This document shows positions 55,870-64,000 of a DNA stretch of 64,000 nucleotides, piece after piece. The notes under the pieces were generated by a model. It saw only the letters and a list, made by a program, of their open reading frames with translations. It did not search any database and was not told the DNA's origin. The DNA lies in contig KZ538041.1 in NCBI GenBank assembly GCA_000934665.2, positions 1 to 64,000 on the forward strand, written 5' to 3'. Each line of letters starts with the position of its first letter. The stretch's first letter is position 1. The position numbers were made by a program, and so were the translations under genes. The DNA comes from Catajapyx aquilonaris (Eukaryota).

Positions 55870-56780
55870 ATACTCTGTGGTCTGTGGGGGAAACCCGCCT
55901 AAGGGCACACAGCATTTGACGAAAGTGTTCCAGGAATTGTGCGGGGAAGGAAGCTCAAGAGGGGCAACCCCGAGGCTCAATTGCTGACATCATGCACCAT
56001 ATTCGCACGCGCGAATTTTTTGAGGGGACTCTAACCAGCTCTCTCCTGACCCTTCGGGGAAGAACCGGTTCTTCTGACGTGCTGTTTGGCCGCATTTTCG
56101 TTTTGCGCACGTGGCCCTCTGGCTTTTGAAGGTTTTTGCAGCAGTTTAAATAAACTTCTATAAACAAACATGTGAGAGAAAGCAGACCTGATCTTAACCT
56201 AGGCCACTTGGACATGCTTCGTGTCACGTAGCCTCTTTTCTGAGAAAACGTGTGTACGTACGATATACACGTGTATGAATGTCAGACCGATAGGGGACGC
56301 CCCATGGATTTCCGTCCGCATCTGCACATTTCGCGTATGAGCAAATATTTTTAACAATTAATATTGCGTTAAAATTTCATTATTTCCTGCTTCCTTGTTT
56401 GGTCAATGTACTCATCTGCACATATTTGCACAATTTCGTGTCTTGCAGGTGTACATTTACACTGATAAGCCGGCAATAAATAAACTGCCAGCACAGCTCT
56501 ATCTGCTGATAACGAGTTGCTCAAAATCGCGAAGTGAGGCAACCCGCATATGCAAATGAGTCATTACGGTACTGTACGTGTAATTACAGGTGACGTATTC
56601 TCCCAACTAGGCCACTCGGCTTATCCCCCAATTTATCTGTAGTTTGGTCCCCTGTTTTTAGGCGGGGCTCATCGGTTGAGTTGGCAAAAGCGCGAGGAAT
56701 ATTGCGCCTTGGAAAAAGAGGGGGTGTGTGTTGTAGAGAGGGGACAATCGAGTGGGTGGTAGAGGGTGGGTGACGTTTTC

Positions 56781-58285
56781 ATGATCAAGGCTGCAGGCTC
56801 CGAAGGACGGAACTGCACAAAAACAGCGGCCGGCTCTGTAAGGTATAGTGTCTGCTTGCATGGGCTGCTGCCTTTTAAAATTATGTGAAATTTGGGGGCC
56901 GGAATGGGGGATACGCCCTATGCTATTTTTAAGATGGGTTGTGTAATGCTGACTTCATTTCCAGACAGAACATGAGCACGGCTATGTCGCCTCCACGCTC
57001 ACCGTGCAGGACCCCGACACCTACCGAGCCCAACACTGTGTACGACAAGGAGGAGCTGAGGAAGCGGCTGACTCCGTTGCAGTTTCATGTCACTCAGGAT
57101 AAGGGGACGGAGAGGTGCGTTGATTTGGATTATTTGGGGTACAGCATTGGATTATATTGGGGTCGACAGTGTTTGATGTGTGTTTTATTAAAGGGCCTTC
57201 ACTGGAGCGTTCTACAAGAAGAAGGATACAGGTGTGTACACATGTGTCGTGTGCGGGACGGAGCTGTTCACGTCTGACACCAAGTTCGACTCGGGGTCTG
57301 GATGGCCGGCGTTTTCAGATGTGCTTAGCCAGTCCAGGGTGCGGTTAAGACAGGACACATCGCACGGTAGGTTTTGCTGCAGCGATTGGCATGTGGTTAA
57401 ATAATACGGTGTTGGAGTAATTGGAGTACGTTGGGCCAAGGTGTTGCTGATGTGCATTGAATTGATCTGTGTTTAATGCATTACAATAAATTCCATCGCC
57501 GTCACTCCTACACAGACCAAGTCACTGAGGATCAAATAGAGGGTGGAACAGAGACCATCATATCATTATATGAATGCCACCGTAATACTTGAAGCTGAAG
57601 TGTGTCAATGCCAAATGGAGTGTCGGCTGAAAGAACACTAACTATTCATGTCATGTGCTAGATATTTAGATTGCAGGAAATACCATAAATAGAGCCATGT
57701 CATGCTGCAAAAGCCAGGAAGTGACAAAATGTTATTACTAAGCCAACTAGAAATTTCCAGATACTGGCACCACAACTGGCATGTTATTTTGAGATGCAAA
57801 TGTGATGTAACTTTTTTATCTCTGTGGCATCCTCTGTTATGAAGGGTATTGCGCAGCATGTGGGTTTGAATTGTGAATGACCACTCTTCCAGAACTAAAG
57901 GTGACTGGTTACTAACCCCTCTGTCTCTATCCTTCTCTCCAATGGGCCCATTGCGGCCGCATGTTATTTGCGCTGACCAACAGTTGGTTCGAACCTCCTG
58001 CTCCTGGTCAACAATCCAGGGTTGATCCGCACCGAGGTATCATGCAGCGAGTGCGGTGCCCACATGGGGCACGTCTTCTCCGATGGACCCAGGCCCACCG
58101 GAAAGAGGTATTGCGTCAACTCGGCTGCGCTTGATTTCAAGGCGAGAGAAGGTGCAGCGGAAGGTCTTCAGAAGAATGGAGCAGTATTGGGAGCTGGAGG
58201 AGACGGTGGAGGAGGGGCAGAAGAGGCAGGGAGATGCTGCTGCAATCCTGGGTCCGCCCCAGGGTGCAGGGCTAATGGGTTGTGA
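56781..58285 (+). CDS. MsrB: Methionine-R-sulfoxide reductase B (Zn-binding, Cys-type)
   Basis: Exons 56781-56842, 56965-57114, 57194-57366, 57984 (or 58020)-58285; alternative start 56972. [67 protein letters not shown]. Confidence 0.93.
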
Positions 58286-59142
58286 AAGCAGCCTCCACAC
58301 GGCAGGTTAGAAATTAAGCAGGGGTCAACATGGCATTGTTGGGTGTCAGGTGAGTCAAAATATCCATGCATTATCATCTCAAAGCAAACATTCTCATCAA
58401 TTTCTGTAATTAATGTGCAATCTTCACACATGCACAATAATTAGCGAGATTGGCTTATTCTTCCTCTAGGGCTATTTTGGTGCCTGATGTGCCACTTATG
58501 ACACATCATTATTTATTGACTTGTGGATAGAACCCACCAAATGTATTGTGCTGATTTTTCAATTCAATGGCACAACTTTTATTGATGGGTTTTAGCCAGA
58601 GGAAGCTTGGAAGTTGCAGGTTTTCTCAACTATGCCTTGTTCAACATCTGCCTCACCCGAGAGCTTAATTTCTTGACACTTATGGTCTAGTGTCTGAATC
58701 CAAGTTTTGGAAATGGTATTTATCAGGAGAGTCTAACCATGACACTTGTTTGCAACCCTGCAAATGTTACTATGCGCAACGATCCTCGCGCCTCTATATA
58801 ATCGAAGCAGTTTTAATAATTTCAATCCAATCGTGTGATGTTTTCGTAACATGGTTTTACAATTGCGTGCTAATTTGAGTGTGGGTTTTGCAATTTTCTC
58901 GAGGGCAGTGTAATTTCACTATATTTGCCTCAAGAAGCCATAAACTTCTTTTGCAAAAAAAAAAGTTTCGCACACTTGTAGTAATAGGGGTTTAGAGATT
59001 TAGTTGTGGACTGGTGTAACTAAAAATTGTGAATCTATTTTGTTAACCTAACTTATTAACATGGTTGTCAAGTCCCCACAATTAATTGAATGGTGCTGTT
59101 ACATTTATCCTTCCCTCTCCCCCCCTCATAAATGTGATTAAA

Positions 59143-59197
59143 AATAAAGACTGGAGGGAATGTGATCTCAGTGGCAACTGTTTCATTAATTTTTATT
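59143..59197. terminator. Back-to-back poly(A) signals of convergent MsrB (+) and RagA (-)
   Basis: AATAAA on + at 59143-59148; AATAAA on - at 59197-59192. Confidence 0.45.
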
Positions 59198-59525
59198 ATA
59201 CAGCATTGGTAAACATATTTAATTCCAGCAATTATACTGTACATACACAAGCTGTCGAACCCATAATTTTAAATCCTAATTTTATGCCGCATTATGACAC
59301 TTACTGAAAACAAAACCCAATGTACACTAAACAAAAATTACAACTGAATTCATAACGATAATGTAATCAGAACACATAATTATGATTTTTAAACAGCAAC
59401 AGCATTGGGAGATTCTATTGGATTTGATATTTGGCGAAAAGAGGGAGGTATTTCCAGGAACTCATAACAACTTGACACGTCTCATCACAGTTGTGCCTCT
59501 TAATTTCAATACGTTCATAATTATG

Positions 59526-61229
59526 TTAACGCCCTGTTAAACTGTTTGGGCCTTTATTTGCTTGTTCTAGTCGCTCGAAATGCTTTCTTGCATTTTTAAT
59601 GTTCATCAAAGTCGCTGCTGATGCTGAAATGGTAAGATTTGATTTTAAGTTGAAATTGTTCTGTGGCCTTTCAGGCAACATCATGACTTACGTATGGATG
59701 GGTCGGACATGATGACCATGACGTAAGTGTTGGTTGTGAATATGTCGATGAAGGCCGCAAAATTTGTGTTGCGGACTTCCATGGAGTGGAACTGAGCAGC
59801 CAGCTTGCTACAGCTCAGCTTGAACTGCTTGATTATGTTGGACACCTTTTCGAATCTGTGTGAGTCTCTGTGCTGTTTTCTCTGGCAGTGTGAAATCACT
59901 AAGAATGTAGCCCTCTCAAACAGGAGGACTTCATCAGCATCTATTATGGAAGCAAATTCTCTCAAACTCTGCTCCAGCTCTTGAACATTGGGGATCAGCA
60001 TGTACACTATGGACGACCACGCCTTAATTGGAAGGAAACAAAATGACATCAGAATTCGCCAGTCAGACGCCAACAATGCGAACCTACTTTGTACAGCGTT
60101 TCGTCCCATATCGATGTGTGGAAGCATGTGCATTCAAGTGGCCTGGAAAGCCTCTTCAAATCTTCTTCCCTCTCTTTGAATATCTGTAAATGTCGAGTTG
60201 CTGTTAGATTCAAATATTCATCACAATTCACATGTGTGTACAAGTTCTTACTAATTCACGTTGATCTTCCTGGACAAGATCCATTTTGTGGACCAAGCAG
60301 AAGACACGTGCTTCTGGCGAGTTCTGCAGAATGGCCTCAAGGCAACTCTGGTAGTAGTGCATGTCCTTATCTAATTCGTGACTCTCCACATCAAAAACAT
60401 ATATTAGAACTTCGACATTGCGGAAAATATTGTCTCTTTGGCTTGCAAAGTAGTTCTCCATGAATGCTTCTTGTCTGCGCAAATGGAAAGGAAATGTCAG
60501 TATTACAGAAATTTAGCTGGACATGTGAAACTGCACACTGATGCACTGCATTTGGCATTGGGATTAAATTACATGCTCCATTTTACAATTTTTGTCTGCA
60601 GTCGAATAGCGTATGAGATGCGCTTGTTTATTTCCAAATGATGTAATTCGTTGTGGCTTATTTGTGGGTGGGCAACTCCCACGTTTGCATCCACATGTCT
60701 TGATAGTTCTCTTACAAAAGTAGGCAAATATGCCGGTGGGCCATTATGAAGCTGGCGAATTAGACCATTTTGAACTAAACGAACATGACCAGCATACGTT
60801 GTGTGAAACCACCTCCACATGCAAGTTGCATCAGTTATTCTCCACGCAGCGTCCATTACGCTGAACTCAAATTACCCTCCGCAGTCCCACAAGTTGAGAA
60901 CCAGGTTACCAAGGAACCGCACGTGCGAATGCTCCACATCAACTGCAAAGAAAAAACTGCCCACATTTTAATCCGACCGAACCTCGTCAACCACATTCCT
61001 CACTTGTCGCTCCGAGCCTCCTGGTGTCCCTGGCAATGTAGTTGGCAAATATGATGGACCTCATGCTGGTCTTCCCCGACCCGCTCTTCCCCATCAGAAG
61101 AACCTGCAAAAATGTCCAATAAATGATAACAAGAGTCTTGTGATCCCAATATTGTTTACACTGTTGACTAATCCTCCCCCCAGTCATGTGATTGCCCTGG
61201 AGAGTATGTGCTCTTGCCTTTTTCTTCAT
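59526..61229 (-). CDS. RRAGA: Ras-related GTP-binding protein RagA/B
   Basis: Exons 61229-61218, 61103-61004, 60942-60875, 60474-60252, 60183-60088, 60023-59691, 59623-59526. [80 protein letters not shown]. Confidence 0.96.
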
Positions 61230-61555
61230 GGCTTATCCTGCAGGTGTGTACGGTGCCAGCTGTCCTGTAGGTGTGTGCAGGGCGGCGCAGTTGGTATGAC
61301 TCCGGTGCGGCGGTGCGACGGTGGTGTGTGGTGTGCGCTGCGTGGTCCTCCCCGCCAGGTGTCAGCTCGAGCATTTCCGTCGTCGCCGGCGTGCCTAGTA
61401 GTTCGTGCCGTGCCCGTTGGAAGGTGCGCTGTGGTCGGTGTGTTGCGGCGTAGGCTCCTCTGGAACAAGTGCGTTCGACGAATGGCTGTTGTGTGGCATC
61501 GATGATGTCCGCCCCTGTGGCCGTCCGCGCCTGAGGAGGAGTGACCCCAGCAGGG

Positions 61556-64000
61556 ATGGGCTCCACTCCGGTCGCCTCCCAGCCTGCCACCGCCTCCGGG
61601 GACTCCCTGTGCCGGCTCTGCGCGGAGGAGACGGACGGAGGGGTGGTGGTGGTCTTCGGGGAGGAAGGGCAGAAGCTCAACCTCGCCTCCAAGATCTACA
61701 AGTGTCTGGCCATCAACGTCAGTTCCATTCCGTTTGCCATGGGTCTTGCACCACCCACTCCGCACTGCAGCTCAGCTTGGAAACGGTGTCTGTTCACACA
61801 CGGATGCGCTTGCACACTGTCAACATATTGTTGCTCATCGCTTATTGTTGATGTTGACAACTTGTGGAACAATTAATGCGCCAGTAGATGCGGCAGCTGC
61901 GTAAATGCACTCTCACGTATGGGCAGGGAGGATAGAATCTGCTGAAATACACAGCGGAACGGCCCATGTTATTAATTGTTGCCTGAGCGTATCTGTTGTT
62001 GATAATATATTGTTCGTTGTTGCCTGCCAATAAGTCGTCATTAAACTGACAAAAAGGGACGAATTCGACATTTTAAAGCACGTTGCTAAACTCGGCGTCT
62101 GCCACGGCAGGAAGTTAACAAGGCATTGTTGACAAATTGTTGGATATTATTTCAAACAATGACTTGCGTACAGTTTAGCGACATGCTCTTTTGCTAAAAT
62201 TGGATTATTTAGCACCATCAAGAGTTGGATCACATTCTGACAAAACGGCGGACCCATGAGACAAGTGGTGTCAAAGGAAGAACGTAAAATCAAGACACCA
62301 TCCTATGTATTTGTGTACAGTGCGGAAAACGAAACGGCGATCTGACGTCATCATTTCTTCCATTGTTACTTTTTGTTGACACTGATTACTCATTTTGTAC
62401 TGCGAGGGTATTTCCATGGAAACCTTTATGACGCCAGATTGCCATTTCGTTTTCCACACTTGAAATTAGCAGGTTTCCTTTGGCTCTCCTGTAAAATTAT
62501 GGAAAGGTTGATTTCGTCCTTTTGTCAGATCATCGACGAAATAATGGGAAGGGTAGAACAGAGGTGTACCTGTAATTTTGCTGGTGAAACCTAAGAGTTG
62601 GTGCAGATTCATGGAAATGCTATTGGAGTGTGTTGGCAGTGCAAAATTTAATTGAGGATTTGATTTGCAGTTGTGTCCTGAGGATGCGCTGCCCAAGGGG
62701 GTGTGCTACGGGTGTTGCAGCCACCTGGACAAGTGCTTCCACTTTGTTGAGGCGACGGTGCGGGCGCAGGTCAAGCTGCAGGGGCTGTTCCCGGCGGGGC
62801 AGGTGCAGGACACATGTGGGAATCCGTTGTGCCAGGTGATGCTCTGACTCATTGTCTCTTGGATGGGACACATTTGCAGGAAGATTTAAATTAGCCTTCT
62901 TTGCAATAGGTCTAAACTGTAAAGATAACTTCGTTTCTTCTAATAGCCAGATGCTTTGGCTCCGTCCCAATCAATAAATCTAAAATCAAGACCACTCATT
63001 ATTTCAGGCCCATGTGAAGCGAGAAACCAGCACGCCGGACTTGATGGAAATAGTACTGACAGAGGGACCAGGAACATGGACCCCTTGCAATCGTGACATC
63101 TCCGAAGAGCTTCGACCTCAGGCTAAAGGTCGTCGAAAGTCCATACCTCGCAAGCGGCCCAACCCAGCCCCTGACCCACCTGCATTTGAGATGACTGACC
63201 CACCCAACACCACCCCACCAGCTGTGGAGATAGGTGATTCTAGTCCTGAACTTAAAAATGAAGAAACTGAGAATGTGAAAACAGAACCTAAGGAAGACAA
63301 GAGTGAGGAGGAAGATGACAATGATGAAGACGATGAGGATGATGATGACGACGACGACGATGAAGATATCTTACTTAGTGATGCCACATCAGAATCTGAA
63401 GTGGATGACGAAGAGGATGAGGATTACACGAGTGCTAGAAGTGGCAGAGCAAAAAGGGGTCGACCCAGGGGTGGTTCAGCTCGTGGGAGGGGAAGGGGGC
63501 GGGGTGTTGCAAGGGGCAGGGGAAGACCTAGGGCTGCTCCTGGTCGGACACGATCATCCTCGTCATCCGAAGCGGCAGCTCCTCCAGTGACTAGGGCTGG
63601 GCGAAGGAGTGAGGAGGCCTCTGGAGTTGGGCCTGGGACAGAGAGGGGTCCAGTAAGCCCAGTGAATCAGTGGCCGTGTGTGAGGTGCGAGGCAGTGCTG
63701 AAGACGAGAAGGCAGCTGCGGTCTCATTACTACACGGAGCATGGGGAAGGACCACTGTACCGGTGTTATGTCTGCAATAAAACCTACGACAAGTACTACA
63801 GCTTCCTTGGGCACATGAGGGTGCACAGGAATTTTGGACGTTTCAAGTGAGTTTGTTTAATCAGTAGAAGGTGCTGCAAAATGCTCATAAATTAATACGA
63901 CCTTTTTATTGACTGTAAAGTGTTGAATAGGTTTTACTGGGGATGTGTGTTTGTAGTAATTTGACCTCTTTTATATAAAACCCAGGTGTGATGTGTGTGG
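61556..64000 (+). CDS. ZAD-domain C2H2 zinc-finger protein with acidic tract and AT-hook/RG motifs (continues beyond window)
   Basis: Exons 61556-61717, 62671-62802 (or 62835), 63008-63846, 63986->64000. ZAD CRLC...LPKGVCYGC..HL..CFHF; D/E tract; RGRP twice; fingers CVRC..H..H, CYVC..HMRVH, then KCDVC. Confidence 0.88.

Noticed and set aside
56781..58500. MsrB as a selenoprotein (SelR)
   Set aside because: The catalytic residue is TGC (RYCVNS), there is no internal TGA, and no convincing SECIS is visible.
49049..61229. TMLD + MsrB + RagA as an operon-like amino-acid-sensing cluster
   Set aside because: Mixed orientations and ordinary housekeeping neighbours; needs synteny or co-expression evidence.
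61140..61876. Long overlapping ORFs (121-179 aa) on both strands
   Set aside because: Expected in GC-rich promoter DNA and shadows of the ZAD exon; no recognisable domains.
62409..62422. Second X-box-like palindrome ATTTCCATGGAAAC
   Set aside because: Mismatch at the first conserved G, and located mid-intron away from any evident TSS.

Overview
Gene-dense eukaryotic genomic DNA, almost certainly arthropod: it has a jitterbug-type filamin, a ZAD zinc-finger gene, Drosophila-like MsrB and RagA, and many 50-100 nt introns. The species cannot be named from sequence alone. Gene order: 3' part of GRIP golgin GCC2/GCC185 (+); ~41-exon jitterbug-like filamin (-); a 3-exon orphan acidic protein preceded by a perfect RFX X-box (+); GTF2F2 (+); group I PAK (+); three tandem trimethyllysine-dioxygenase (TMLHE-like) paralogs (-); Cys-type MsrB (+); RagA/B (-); ZAD-C2H2 zinc-finger gene (+, runs off the end). 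Introns and UTRs hold Tigger/pogo elements, a complete tRNA-SINE with TSD, a LINE 3' stub and an RT fossil. Best leads: (1) the TMLHE triplication with intact active sites, patchy gene conversion and divergent targeting; (2) the X-box-preceded orphan gene; (3) a CpG-rich internal promoter and a candidate nested transmembrane micropeptide in the 6.4-kb filamin intron; (4) three GC-AG introns; (5) a 12-aa alternative acceptor in MsrB; (6) a 100-codon open frame after the PAK stop. All exon calls were made by eye from splice signals and reading frame. No database searches were run.
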